Below, in pieces: positions 34,620 through 44,657 of a DNA stretch of 48,919 nucleotides; the stretch's first letter is position 1; every line of letters begins with the position of its first letter. The DNA is taken from positions 1 through 48,919 of the IMG/VR virus record IMGVR_UViG_3300043406_000041. The stretch is one strand, 5' to 3'. This DNA comes from a virus (Duplodnaviria > Caudoviricetes). The translations under genes were made by a program, and so were the position numbers. The notes under the pieces are model-generated. The model worked only from the letters and a program-made list of their open reading frames with translations. It was not told the origin of the DNA and made no database searches.

Positions 34620-36116
34620 ATGAGCACGGATAATAGCCCGGATTCCGTCCGGCTAGAAGCACAGACCGGCAACAACATACAGCTGCGACCCTATCAGCAG
34701 CAGTTGCTCGACGACATATCGGCTCAGTTTCGCGCCGGCCACCGTTCGGTCTTGGGCCAGATGCCGACCGGCGCCGGCAAGACGGCCGTCGCGATCGTCG
34801 CGGCGCACAAAGCCGCCGCGCGCGGCAAGAGGGTGCTGTTCCAAGCTCACACCCGCGTCCTGATCGACCAGACCGCCGAGCGGTTCGCCTCTGCCGGGCT
34901 CGAGTTCGGGATCATCATGGCGGGCCGCAGCAGCAACGGACGGCCGGTTCAGATCGGGTCCGTCCAGACGCTCGCGCGGCGGCTCGACAAGGTGCAGCCG
35001 TTCGATCTGATCATCACGGACGAGTGCCACCGGGCGATGAGCGCCGCCTACGTCAAGATTTTCGCAGCTTGGCCGCGTGCCTATCAGATCGGCCTGTCCG
35101 CCACGCCATCGCGGCTCGACGGTCGCGGCCTGGGTGACGTGTACTCGGCGCTGGTCTGCGGCCCGTCCGTTGCCGAGTTGGTCCAGATGGGTCATCTCGC
35201 GCCCTTTCGCGTCTTCGCACCCGGCCAGCCCGATCTGTCGGCCGTCAAGACGGAACAGGGCGACTATGCCATCGGCGGGCTCTCGGCCGCGATGGACAAG
35301 CCGACGATCACCGGGGACGCGGTCGAGCACTTCAAGCGCCTGGCAGCCGATCGGCAGGCGATCGTCTACGCCTGCTCGATCGCGCACGGCGGTCACGTCG
35401 CCGAACAGTTCAATGAAGCCGGCATCGTCACGACGCTGCTGCACAGCGACCTGAGCGCGGACGACCAGCGGCAAGCCATCGCCGGCATCCGGTCGGGCGC
35501 GACGCAGGCTCTTGTGTCCATCGGCATGGTCAACGAGGGATTCGATGTTCCGGGCGTGACCTGCGCAATCCTGTTGCGCCCCACCATGTCGTTGGTGCTC
35601 GCGTCGCAGCAGTGGGGCCGTGCCAACCGCGGCGGCGGCCAATCCGCGATCATCCTCGATCACGCCGGCAACACCCTGCGTCACGGCCTGCCCGAGACAC
35701 CCCGCGTGTGGTCGCTCAAGGGGCGGCCGAAGCGGTCGAAACAGACGGTCGAGCCTGGCATCGCGATCCGCCACTGTCAGGATTGCTTCTCGGTCTACCT
35801 GAGCAGGATCACGGCCTGTCCGCATTGCGGCGGCATCGCCGAGAAATCCAGCCGCGCGATCGAGGAACGCGACGGCGAGCTGGTCGAGATCACGCCGGAA
35901 ATGGCAATGGCCGAACGCATCAAGGCCATGTCCTACCATGCCGCCGTGTCCGCCATGCGCACGGTCGACGACGTGCATTTGATCATGAAGACCCGCGGCT
36001 ATCGTCCTGGCTGGGGCGTGCGAAAGGTGATGGAGCTGCGCAGCGTCGACAAGTTCCAGGCCTGCGAGATGCTGGGCTTTCACCCGCTGATGGCCTTGCG
36101 GCTGAACGTGGCATGA
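34620..36116 (+). CDS. SF2 DEAD/DEAH helicase (RadD/ResIII-like) with C-terminal Zn finger
   Basis: LRPYQ, PTGAGKT, DECH, LSATP.RLDG, EGFDVP, QQWGR and CQDC...CPHC. Confidence 0.92.
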   Translation: MSTDNSPDSVRLEAQTGNNIQLRPYQQQLLDDISAQFRAGHRSVLGQMPTGAGKTAVAIVAAHKAAARGKRVLFQAHTRVLIDQTAERFASAGLEFGIIMAGRSSNGRPVQIGSVQTLARRLDKVQPFDLIITDECHRAMSAAYVKIFAAWPRAYQIGLSATPSRLDGRGLGDVYSALVCGPSVAELVQMGHLAPFRVFAPGQPDLSAVKTEQGDYAIGGLSAAMDKPTITGDAVEHFKRLAADRQAIVYACSIAHGGHVAEQFNEAGIVTTLLHSDLSADDQRQAIAGIRSGATQALVSIGMVNEGFDVPGVTCAILLRPTMSLVLASQQWGRANRGGGQSAIILDHAGNTLRHGLPETPRVWSLKGRPKRSKQTVEPGIAIRHCQDCFSVYLSRITACPHCGGIAEKSSRAIEERDGELVEITPEMAMAERIKAMSYHAAVSAMRTVDDVHLIMKTRGYRPGWGVRKVMELRSVDKFQACEMLGFHPLMALRLNVA

Positions 36117-36967
36117 CCAGCCCCGACCAGATCGGCGAGGAAGCCCGCCGCCTGTTCGGCGAGCCCAACAAGTTCCTGTCGTCGTCCCGGCAACTTCGGT
36201 TTGGCAAGAAAGGCTCGCTCGCGGTCGAGCTGGCCGGCGAGAAGGCCGGCGTGTGGTTCGATCACGAGGCCCAGAAGGGCGGACATATTCGGGTCGCGGG
36301 CGACGAGCCCTATCAGCGCCCGCCGCCTCGCCGCGCGATCACGCACGACAGCGAGTCGGCGCCGAGCCTTTCGCGAGCTCTGGACCAGATGCAGCAGGCC
36401 GCCGGCACGGCCGCTGAGCGCTATCTGAACCGCCGCGGGATCACCGACTGGCCGGCGCACTCGATCCGCTTCTGCCGGAACCCCTACGGGCTCATAGGGC
36501 TGGCACAGGACGCCGCTGGCACTATCCGGGCCGCACAGGTGGTCTATCTCACCGACTGCGGCCACAAGGCCGGCTTTGCCGTCCCCAAGCGCACGTTCAC
36601 GGCGTGCTCCGGGTGGCATCGGATCGCGGCCGTGCATCTGCCCGGCCGGGGTGAGCCGATCCTGTGCGAGGGGATCGAGACGGGCCTGTCGATCTGGGGC
36701 GCTATCGAGCCACGGCGACCGGTGCTCGTCTGCATCGGCATCGCCGGCCTGCGAGAGCTGCGCACACCCCAGAAGCGGATCACGATCGCCCGCGACGGCG
36801 ACGCGCCGGACAGCCCGGCCGATCGGTTCGTGAAGTCCGCCGTCGAGACGCGCGCCAGATTCCAGCGCGTGCGGGTTGCGGCGCCGCCGCTGGGCCAGGA
36901 CTTCAACGACGTGCTCCAGCAGGCCGGGCCTGCCGAGGTCGCGCGCATCATCGGGGCGGCGACATGA
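36113..36967 (+). CDS. Toprim-domain DNA primase
   Basis: LRFG.KGSL.V...G.WFDHE...GG, YL..RGI, LCEGIETGLS, IARDGD and DFND. Confidence 0.88.
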   Translation: MTSPDQIGEEARRLFGEPNKFLSSSRQLRFGKKGSLAVELAGEKAGVWFDHEAQKGGHIRVAGDEPYQRPPPRRAITHDSESAPSLSRALDQMQQAAGTAAERYLNRRGITDWPAHSIRFCRNPYGLIGLAQDAAGTIRAAQVVYLTDCGHKAGFAVPKRTFTACSGWHRIAAVHLPGRGEPILCEGIETGLSIWGAIEPRRPVLVCIGIAGLRELRTPQKRITIARDGDAPDSPADRFVKSAVETRARFQRVRVAAPPLGQDFNDVLQQAGPAEVARIIGAAT

Positions 36968-38184
36968 TGACCAAGCCCCACATCGTTGTCGACAACACGC
37001 CCTGGAAGGACAAGCTGCAGATTAGCAGCACGGGGTCTGCGCGGACCAACCTCTACAACGCATGCATCTGCTTTCGCGACGCACCCGAGTTCCGTGGTAA
37101 GCTTGCGTTCAACGAGTTCTCGATGGAAACGACCGTGCTCGGTGTCTTGCCATGGTCGGATGAGGTCAACCGGCCGTGGTCCAAGCATGACGACAATCTG
37201 GCCAACGTCTGGGCGCAGAAGAACGACCTAAACATCGGGCTTCAGATCACGACGCAGGCGATCGAAACGGTGGCTTACGAGAACAGGTTTCACCCCCTGC
37301 GCACGTGGCTGCGATCCCTGACATGGGACGGGACGCCACGGATCGATGACTGGCTTACCTTCTACCTCGCGGCCGAGCGTACGACCTACGTCCAGGCGGT
37401 GGGCAAGGCATGGCTCATCTCGGCTGTCGCGCGCGTCATGCAGCCAGGCTGCAAGGCCGACCACGTCCTGATCGTCGAAGGCAGGCAGGGGCTGCGGAAG
37501 TCGTCTGCGCTCAAGACACTCGCGGGCGCCGACTGGTACACCGACGAGCTGGCCGAAATGGGGTCCAAGGATGCCGGGCTGCAAATGCGCGGCGTCTGGA
37601 TCATCGAGCTGGCGGAACTCGACCACCTCAAGAGCGGCGAGACGAGCCGTATCAAGGCGTTCGTGTCCCGTTCCACCGACCGCTTTCGCCCGCCCTATGG
37701 CGAACGCCTGATCAGCGCGCCGCGCGAGTGCGTCTTCGCCGGGACCGTCAACCACGCCGAATATCTCAAGGACGATACCGGGAATCGTCGCTTCTGGCCG
37801 GTCGCCGCCGGCGGGGCAATAGACCTCGACGCACTGTCCGTCGACCGCGAACAGATATGGGCCGAAGCCGTATCGAGGTTCGACGCTGGCGATCCGTGGT
37901 GGATCACAGACAGTGATATCGAAATGGTGGCGAAGCAGGCCCAAGAAGCCCGCCGTGAGGTCGACCCGTGGTCGGAGACCCTGGTAGCTTGGCTCGAAAA
38001 TGCCGCATTTAACAAGATAACGGCAAACGAACTGATTACTAAGGCAATCGGAAAACGTACCGGCGAGATCACGCAGAAGGATGCCGAACGGGTTGGGTCA
38101 ATCATGTGGACACTTGGTTGGAAACGCGGCACCGTTTGGATCGGCGGCGTTAGCATGAAGGGGTTCAAGCGCGATGACGCCTGA
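36964..38184 (+). CDS. VirE/VapE-family P-loop helicase
   Basis: FHP...WL..L.WDG.PR, PGCK.D, GRQGLRKS, WIIELAEL, R.PYG and GNRRFWPV. Confidence 0.92.
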   Translation: MMTKPHIVVDNTPWKDKLQISSTGSARTNLYNACICFRDAPEFRGKLAFNEFSMETTVLGVLPWSDEVNRPWSKHDDNLANVWAQKNDLNIGLQITTQAIETVAYENRFHPLRTWLRSLTWDGTPRIDDWLTFYLAAERTTYVQAVGKAWLISAVARVMQPGCKADHVLIVEGRQGLRKSSALKTLAGADWYTDELAEMGSKDAGLQMRGVWIIELAELDHLKSGETSRIKAFVSRSTDRFRPPYGERLISAPRECVFAGTVNHAEYLKDDTGNRRFWPVAAGGAIDLDALSVDREQIWAEAVSRFDAGDPWWITDSDIEMVAKQAQEARREVDPWSETLVAWLENAAFNKITANELITKAIGKRTGEITQKDAERVGSIMWTLGWKRGTVWIGGVSMKGFKRDDA

Positions 38185-38467
38185 CCACCTGACCACCACC
38201 TGACCGCCGAACAAATTCCTACCGGTCAGGTAATCTCCGGCCATATCAACCACTTACTGTCACCTAACCACCTAACCACCTGTTTTTACAGGCTATAAGG
38301 AAAAGGAACTTGGTTGAAAGACTACGTACGCCATTTCACCAGACACGCCCCATAGGTGTTGCTGATGGCCGGTCAGGCCGGTCAGGTGGTCAGGCTATTG
38401 AAAACACAAGGGAAAATCCTGACCAGACGTTGGATTCTGGTGGTCAGGTGGTGGTCAGGTGGTAACC
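38180..38467. promoter_or_regulatory. Putative replication origin (iteron array)
   Basis: Twelve CCT(G/A)ACC heptamers, six forward and six reverse, around an AT-rich core; IHF-consensus TATCAACCACTTA at 38244; directly after the VirE helicase. Confidence 0.8.
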
Positions 38468-38527
38468 CCCCCCAAACGCCAGCGGGGCCAGCCGAAGCCA
38501 GCCCCGCGTGACCGATCCGCCGACAGC

Positions 38528-38806
38528 TCAGGCCGCGGCGGGAACCTCGATCTTCAGGTACAGGCTCGCGTTCAGCCCACCCGCGAGCAGCTCGTCTTGA
38601 AGCGCCACGATGTCGCGCGTCACCCGAAACGCCACCAGCTTGATGCCCGGCGGCAGGGCGAAGGGCTCGCCAGTGGCGGCATCCACCAGAATGCACGCAA
38701 GACCGAGCTTGGTGGTGCTGCGCTTCCTGGAAGTAGCGGGTGCAGAGACAGCGGCAACATCATCGGCGGCAGCCTCATTCTGGACAGCCGTGAGCTTGGT
38801 AGCCAT
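38528..38806 (-). CDS. Hypothetical protein (92 aa)
   Basis: AAGG RBS; divergent from the HicA-like gene. Confidence 0.55.
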   Translation of the reverse strand: MATKLTAVQNEAAADDVAAVSAPATSRKRSTTKLGLACILVDAATGEPFALPPGIKLVAFRVTRDIVALQDELLAGGLNASLYLKIEVPAAA

Positions 38807-38865
38807 TCGGATAACCTTTCCATGGGACAGTTACAACGGGCGGATTGTAGCGGAAAACGGCCGAA

Positions 38866-39135
38866 ATGAGCAGAAGTTTGCGCAACAAACGCGGCGAGTT
38901 CTTGCGGAAGATTGCGCCGCTGGGATGGACACACGTCGGCTTCGTGTCGAGCGGACATCTGATGGTCGAGCACACGAACGGCGCAACAGCCTCCATCGCG
39001 AGCACGCCAGGCGGCTGGGCAACCGAGAACCACGAGCTGGCCAAGCTCAAGCGGCTGGCCCGTCCCGCGCAACTACAACCTCTAGCTGCCCAGCCGCAAG
39101 ATGTGGTAATCGACGCGGCCAGTGGCGCTAGATGA
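38866..39135 (+). CDS. HicA-like (dsRBD-fold) protein
   Basis: GW......SGH....H..G......STP......N....L.R resembles phage HicA-like RNases. Confidence 0.55.
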   Translation: MSRSLRNKRGEFLRKIAPLGWTHVGFVSSGHLMVEHTNGATASIASTPGGWATENHELAKLKRLARPAQLQPLAAQPQDVVIDAASGAR

Positions 39136-39139
39136 GGGT

Positions 39140-39589
39140 ATGCCGCTGTCCGCCGACATCCCCGACGACCTGAGCGAGTTGCGGCGCAAGCTGTGCAACG
39201 GCTTTCGGCTGGATCACCCGGAAGCCAGGCGGCATTTCCTGTTGCTCGGGTTGTGCGACGCGGAGCTGATGATCCTGGCGCATGCCGTTCGGTCGGGCCT
39301 CAATCGCGGCGATGGACCGTCTGCGGTATATGCGGGCCTAGGTTCCGCGGCGAGCTACAATCTGGTCAGGTACTTCATGGCGCTCATCGGCGCTCGACGC
39401 AGAGTGTCGCCGAAATGGCCGCGCGATAAGACCGGGCGATGGACAGGCGATTGCGACGGTGACGACGATGCGGCGATGGCGGACCTCGAGGCGGCGGAGC
39501 GGGCGGCAGCGCTCCGGCGGATGCGCGCCGACGGTTGCGACGAGCGCATGATCGCAAGGCTCGGCGGCATGATGGGAGAGATGGGGTGA
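39140..39589 (+). CDS. Hypothetical protein
   Basis: 149-aa ORF upstream of terS; GAGG RBS. Confidence 0.5.
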   Translation: MPLSADIPDDLSELRRKLCNGFRLDHPEARRHFLLLGLCDAELMILAHAVRSGLNRGDGPSAVYAGLGSAASYNLVRYFMALIGARRRVSPKWPRDKTGRWTGDCDGDDDAAMADLEAAERAAALRRMRADGCDERMIARLGGMMGEMG

Positions 39590-39595
39590 GCGGCC

Positions 39596-39919
39596 TTGGC
39601 TGAGAACGGCATTCCAACCGCCATCAGGCCGCGCGGACCTGGGAAGCCCTTCGTAAAGGGCCAGTCCGCCAACCCTGGCGGGCGTCCAGCGCTGTTCCCG
39701 GAGTTCCGTGAGGAATGCCGCTCGCACAGCCCGAAGGCGCTGGCGAAGCTCCTGGAGGCCTTACGCGAGCCAGGCGCGTCGGCGCAGTCGATCAAGGCGG
39801 CCGAGCTGATCCTGGCCTATGGCTGGGGCAAGCCGACGCAAGTGGTCGACATCAACGGCGAGGTCAAGGTCACGCTGGAGAGCCTAGTTCTCGATAGCCT
39901 GAAGTTAGAGATCGCTTGA
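39596..39919 (+). CDS. terS: Terminase small subunit (DUF5681-like)
   Basis: PFVKGQSANPGGRP and AAELILAYGWGKP; overlaps the terL start. Confidence 0.8.
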   Translation: MAENGIPTAIRPRGPGKPFVKGQSANPGGRPALFPEFREECRSHSPKALAKLLEALREPGASAQSIKAAELILAYGWGKPTQVVDINGEVKVTLESLVLDSLKLEIA

Positions 39920-41352
39920 CCCCAGCGGCAGCGAAGCTGAAGCTCTGGCGCGAGGACCCGCGCATCTTCGTGCGCGAGGTGTTCGGAGCCACGCCCGACT
40001 ACTGGCAGGACGATGTTCTTGCGGCTTTCCCTGCCTCGCCCCGAATGGCGATGCGCTGCTCGAAAGGCCCGGGCAAGACAGCCCTCCTCGCGTGGCTGAT
40101 CTGGAATTTCCTGCTCACGCGACCGCACCCGAAGGTCGCGGCCACGGCGATCACCGGCGACAACCTGTCGGACAATTTGTGGAGCGAGCTCGCCAAGTGG
40201 CAGAAGCGCTCGCCGCTGCTGGAGGCGATGTTCTCGTGGCAGAAGACCAGGATCGTCTGCAAGGAGCATCCCGAGACGTGGTGGTGCTCGGCGCGCACCT
40301 GGCCGCGCTCGGCATCGCCGGAGCAGCAGGCGGACACGCTGGCTGGATTGCATGCGGATTACCTGCTGTTCGTGCTCGACGAGAGCGGCGGCATTCCCGA
40401 CGCGGTGATGGCGGCGGCTGAGGGTGGCCTCGCCAACGTCGTTGACCCGGCGAAGCAGGAAGCGCACATCGTCCAGGCCGGCAACCCGACGCACCTCGAG
40501 GGGCCGCTCTACCGGGCCTGCACCGGCGAGCGCCGGCTGTGGCATGTCACGGAGATCACCAGCGATCCCGACGACCCGAAGCGCACGCCGCGCGTCTCGG
40601 TCGAATGGGCGCAGGCGCAGATTGAGAAATACGGGCGCGACAACCCGTGGGTGCTCGTCAACGTCTTCGGCCGCTTCCCGCCTGCGAGCATCAACGCGCT
40701 GATCGGGCCGGACGAGGTTCGCGACGCCATGAAGCGCGTCTTGCAGGAGAGCCAGTATGAGTTCGCGGCCCGGGTTCTCGGTGTCGATGTGGCTCGGCAG
40801 GGTGATGATGCGAGCGTCATTTTCCCTCGCCAGGGTCGGATCGCGTTTGCTCCGCACGTCCTGCGAAACGTTACCGGGGACCAGGGTGCGGGCGCTGTTT
40901 CTCGCAAATGGACCGAATGGGATGCCGATGCATGTTTCATGGACGGCAGCGGAGGATGGGCGACTTCCTGGGTTGATCACCTTCGCCACCTGGGACGCAG
41001 CGCTATCCCTGTCCAGTTCGCCGGCACGCCCAACGACGCCCGGTTCGCCAACAAGCGCGCCGAGATCCTGTTCGCCTGTGCCCAATGGGTGAAGGACGGC
41101 GGGTGCCTGCCGAACCTGCCGGAGCTGGTGTCGGAGATGACGGCGACTACATACACGTTTCGGGGCGACAAGTTCCTGTGCGAGGACAAGGACAGCATCA
41201 AGGCGCGGATCGGCCGGAGCCCGGATCATTTCGACGCCCTGGCGCTGACCTTCGCGCAGGACCTGGGGCCACGCCCGCCGCGCAATGCGTACCGTCGACA
41301 GGGCGCGGTCCAGGCGGACCACGACCCGCGCGCGGCTATCCTGGGGATGTGA
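39916..41352 (+). CDS. terL: Terminase large subunit
   Basis: SKGPGKT, LAGLH, FVLDE, GNPT, LGVDVARQGDD and SPD..DALALTFA. Confidence 0.95.
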   Translation: MTPAAAKLKLWREDPRIFVREVFGATPDYWQDDVLAAFPASPRMAMRCSKGPGKTALLAWLIWNFLLTRPHPKVAATAITGDNLSDNLWSELAKWQKRSPLLEAMFSWQKTRIVCKEHPETWWCSARTWPRSASPEQQADTLAGLHADYLLFVLDESGGIPDAVMAAAEGGLANVVDPAKQEAHIVQAGNPTHLEGPLYRACTGERRLWHVTEITSDPDDPKRTPRVSVEWAQAQIEKYGRDNPWVLVNVFGRFPPASINALIGPDEVRDAMKRVLQESQYEFAARVLGVDVARQGDDASVIFPRQGRIAFAPHVLRNVTGDQGAGAVSRKWTEWDADACFMDGSGGWATSWVDHLRHLGRSAIPVQFAGTPNDARFANKRAEILFACAQWVKDGGCLPNLPELVSEMTATTYTFRGDKFLCEDKDSIKARIGRSPDHFDALALTFAQDLGPRPPRNAYRRQGAVQADHDPRAAILGM

Positions 41353-41357
41353 GGTCC

Positions 41358-41531
41358 ATGAACGCCGACACCTTCCGTTGCCCGATGATCGCCCGGCTGG
41401 ACCAGTGGCAGCGCGATCGGCGGTATCTCGCCCGGATCGCCCGCGTGTTGGGCGACCAATATACCGTCGGCGACCTGCTCACCGTGAGCACGCGGCGCCC
41501 TCTCGCGCCCAAGAGCGGCGACTACTGGTAG
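41358..41531 (+). CDS. Small hypothetical protein
   Basis: 57-aa ORF with a GAGG RBS. Confidence 0.4.
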   Translation: MNADTFRCPMIARLDQWQRDRRYLARIARVLGDQYTVGDLLTVSTRRPLAPKSGDYW

Positions 41532-41539
41532 GCACACTC

Positions 41540-41574
41540 GCCATTGTTAACCGGCTCCCGTCGGGGCGCATCCT
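41540..41574 (+). promoter_or_regulatory. Putative late promoter, GCCATTGTTAAC-N17-CATCCT
   Basis: 20-bp identity (CGCCATTGTTAACCGGCTCC) with 12249-12268; upstream of the portal operon. Confidence 0.7.
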
Positions 41575-41601
41575 GTCCGCGTCCCTCGGCGAGGATGCGA
41601 G

Positions 41602-42093
41602 ATGGCGACGAACGGCGCGTTCACGAACGGCTTGAAGCAGAGTGGCCGGCCGAAGCCGCAACTGAGCTTTGACCAGTTCATGGCGATGGCCTCGATCGGC
41701 CAGTTTCAAACGCAGTACGAGGCGGCGCGCGAAGGCGGGCGCAACGAGCTGATCGCGCGCTCGATTCTTCAGACGCAGCTCCGCAAGGCATATAAGCAGT
41801 CCGGGCTGTCGGGGCCGGCAGCGCCGCCAAAGGCGCAGGCCACTCAGGTCGAGACCCAGCCGCCGGTCATGGAGCGTGCTCCCATCAAGCCGATCACGCC
41901 GGTTGGCGCGCCGAACAAGCCGGTGGCCCCTGCGGCGATCACCGACCCGGCCTCACAGATCAGCGAGGCCGAGATGGCAGCGCGGCAGCGGGCGCGGCTC
42001 ATGCTCGGCCAGCAGCGCAACAGCCGCACGGCGGCATCCGGTCTGCGGACCGATCAGCTGGGCATCCGCAACCTGATCGGCGCCCCGCTCTGA
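41602..42093 (+). CDS. Hypothetical virion-associated protein preceding the portal
   Basis: Pro/Ala-rich; C-terminal RNLIG; TGATG-coupled to the portal gene. Confidence 0.6.
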   Translation: MATNGAFTNGLKQSGRPKPQLSFDQFMAMASIGQFQTQYEAAREGGRNELIARSILQTQLRKAYKQSGLSGPAAPPKAQATQVETQPPVMERAPIKPITPVGAPNKPVAPAAITDPASQISEAEMAARQRARLMLGQQRNSRTAASGLRTDQLGIRNLIGAPL

Positions 42094-43796
42094 TGACGGG
42101 CCACACGCTCCGGCAGCGGCTTGACGAGCGGCTGGCGACGCTCAAGACGGAGCGCAGCCCGCGCGAGCACGAGTGGCGGCTGATCCAGAAGCTGGCGCTG
42201 CCGCGGCGCGGCAAGTTCAATGTGACGGACCGGACCAGCGGGCGCGACAAGCACGCCGGCATCGTCAACAACACGGCCAGCCGGTCGCTGCGCACCATGG
42301 CGCACGGTCTGGCGGCGAACGTGATCAACCCGGCAAGCCCCTGGTTTCGGCTGACGCCGGAGGAGGACGAGCTCAACGAGTACGGCCCGGTCCGGCAGTG
42401 GCTCGATCGCACGGAACGGCGGGCGTATCAGATACTGAGCGCATCCGGGTTCTACGGTGCGGCCACCGTCGAGATGTTCGAGATCGGCGGGTTCGGGACC
42501 TGCGCCCTGGCCCGCGAGCGCGATTTCGAGACGGTGGTGAAGTGGCACCCGTGGACGACGGGCGAGTACTGGATCGCCAACGATGCCAGGGACCGGGCGC
42601 ACACCGCTTACCGCGAGTGGCAGTGCACGATCGAGACGCTGATCGGCAGCTTCGGCCTGGATCGCGTCTCGCTGGCCGTGCGCGACCAGTACGACCGCGG
42701 CAATCTCGACGGCAAGGTGACGATCCGGCACGCGATCGAGCCCTGGTCGCAGCGCTTCGCGAGCAAGCCCGGGCTGCAGCGGTGGCCCTATGTCTCGCTC
42801 TACTGGGACCCCTCGGAGCCGAGAGCCGACTGGTTCCTCAGCACCGGGGGGACCAAGAAGTGCCCGGCACTGATCGGCCGCTGGGAGCACGTCCCGCCCG
42901 ACGCCTACGGCAACGGCCCGCTGATGGACGCGCTGGGCGACGTGGCGGGCCTGCAGAGCGTCGAGAAGCGCCTGGTGCAGGGGATCGACCGCAAGACCGG
43001 CGCCGGCGGTTGGCAGGGTCCCGCGCAGGGTTTCTCGGGCGGGGTGCTCAACGCCTTCAGCCAGGAGCCGAACGCCTACAACGCGGTGCAGGGGGCGACG
43101 TCGATCACGCCGCTGATCGACCCGCGCTCGATTCAGCTGCAGGATGCGCAGTGGTACTACGAGACGCTGCAGCGGCGGATCGAGAAGCAGTGCTTCGTCG
43201 ACCTGTTCCTGACTTTCATGGAGGGTGCGCGTCGCGAGATGACCGCGACCGAGGTCTTGGAGCGGGCGCGCGAGAAGCTCCTGCTCGGCCCGGTCCTGCA
43301 CAACATCAACAGCGAGGTGCTCAACCCGGCCGTCGACGGCATTTTGCAGGACATTTTCGACGAAAGCGCGCGGTTCTGGGCCGCGGGCGAGGATGGCATG
43401 GTGCCCGTCCCGCCCCAGGAGCTGCAGGGCCAGCAGCTCAAGATCGAGTACGTGAGCGAGCTGCAGCAGGCGCAGCGCATGGTGCGCGCGGAGCCGATCT
43501 ATCGCCTCGCCGCGTTCGTCGGTCAGAACGCGCAATTCGATCCGACGCTGCCGATGAAGGCCGACTTCCACCAGATGGTCGACGAGTTGAGCCTCGCGCT
43601 GGGCGCGCCGCCGAAGTCGATCCGCGACGACGAGACGGTGGCGCAGATGCAGGCGGCGCAGGACGAGGAGCGGCAGCGGCAGGCGCAGATGCAGCAGATG
43701 GCAGCCGGGGCAGACGTGGCAGCCAAGCTCGGCAAGGCGTCGACGCTGCCGGGCACGGCGCTGGGCGACCTCGCCCGTGAGCAGGAGGCGGCCTGA
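42093..43796 (+). CDS. Portal protein (head-to-tail connector, Bbp21/T7 gp8-like)
   Basis: P..PWFRL, FGT, RW......YG.GP...ALGD...LQ, MTATEV.ER..EKL.LGPVL and EYVS.L.QAQ. Confidence 0.93.
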   Translation: MTGHTLRQRLDERLATLKTERSPREHEWRLIQKLALPRRGKFNVTDRTSGRDKHAGIVNNTASRSLRTMAHGLAANVINPASPWFRLTPEEDELNEYGPVRQWLDRTERRAYQILSASGFYGAATVEMFEIGGFGTCALARERDFETVVKWHPWTTGEYWIANDARDRAHTAYREWQCTIETLIGSFGLDRVSLAVRDQYDRGNLDGKVTIRHAIEPWSQRFASKPGLQRWPYVSLYWDPSEPRADWFLSTGGTKKCPALIGRWEHVPPDAYGNGPLMDALGDVAGLQSVEKRLVQGIDRKTGAGGWQGPAQGFSGGVLNAFSQEPNAYNAVQGATSITPLIDPRSIQLQDAQWYYETLQRRIEKQCFVDLFLTFMEGARREMTATEVLERAREKLLLGPVLHNINSEVLNPAVDGILQDIFDESARFWAAGEDGMVPVPPQELQGQQLKIEYVSELQQAQRMVRAEPIYRLAAFVGQNAQFDPTLPMKADFHQMVDELSLALGAPPKSIRDDETVAQMQAAQDEERQRQAQMQQMAAGADVAAKLGKASTLPGTALGDLAREQEAA

Positions 43797-44656
43797 TGGC
43801 GCTGGACAACCAGTCGGCGGCGATCCCCTACAGCGACGGCACGACCTATCCGGCCGGGACGATCGGCAAGCGCATCCAGGATCTGCTGTCGGAGATCATC
43901 AGCATTTCGGTGCCGAACGGCTCGATCACCGCGGCGAAGCTGGCTTCCGATGCGGTGACGACGGCGAAGATCCTGGACGCCAACGTCACGACGGCGAAGC
44001 TCGCGGCCAACGCGGTGACGCTGGCGAAGCTGGTGCAGGCGACGGCGCAAAACAAGTTCCTGATCCGCACCAGCTCGGGCGCCGGCGACTTCCAGGAAGG
44101 GACGTTCTCGGCCAACGGGCTGTCGCTGGTAGGGGCTGCCGACTATGCTGCGATGCGGGCCTTGCTCGACCTCGAGGCCGGGACGGACTTCAACGCCTAC
44201 TCGGCCAAGACGGCGGCGATTGCTGCCCTGACCTGGGCCGCCGACAAACTGATGTACTTCACCGGCACCGGTGCGGTCGCGACGATGGACTTCCCGGCGG
44301 CGGGCCGGGCGCTCGCGGCGTCGGGGGCTTCGGCCGATCTGGTCGCCAGCATCAACGCACAGACGGGCACCAGTTACACGCTGGTCGCGGGCGACCGCGG
44401 CAAGCTGCTCAGCCTGACGAATGCCGGTGCGATCGCGGTGACGCTGCCGGCGGACGCGGCAGTCGGCTTCTACTGCTCGGCCTACCAGCGCGGCGCCGGC
44501 CAGGTGACCTTCGCCGCCGCCTCGGGCGGGACGCTGGTCAACCGCCAGAGCCACACGAAGACGGCCGGGCAGCACTCGGGCGTCGGCCTCGCGGTGTTCG
44601 CGAACGCTGGCGGCAGTGCCGCGCAGTGGACCCTCACCGGCGACACGGCGGCCTGA
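43796..44656 (+). CDS. Fibre protein (10-aa VTTAKL repeats, C-terminal fibre module)
   Basis: ITAAKL/VTTAKI/VTTAKL/VTLAKL repeats; NAQTGTSYTLV..D.GK...GAGQVT...W.LTGD. Confidence 0.7.
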   Translation: MALDNQSAAIPYSDGTTYPAGTIGKRIQDLLSEIISISVPNGSITAAKLASDAVTTAKILDANVTTAKLAANAVTLAKLVQATAQNKFLIRTSSGAGDFQEGTFSANGLSLVGAADYAAMRALLDLEAGTDFNAYSAKTAAIAALTWAADKLMYFTGTGAVATMDFPAAGRALAASGASADLVASINAQTGTSYTLVAGDRGKLLSLTNAGAIAVTLPADAAVGFYCSAYQRGAGQVTFAAASGGTLVNRQSHTKTAGQHSGVGLAVFANAGGSAAQWTLTGDTAA

Positions 44657-44657
44657 G

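Noticed and set aside
38180-38467. CRISPR array
   Set aside because: The repeats are 7-8 bp, in both orientations and irregularly spaced, and there are no cas genes.
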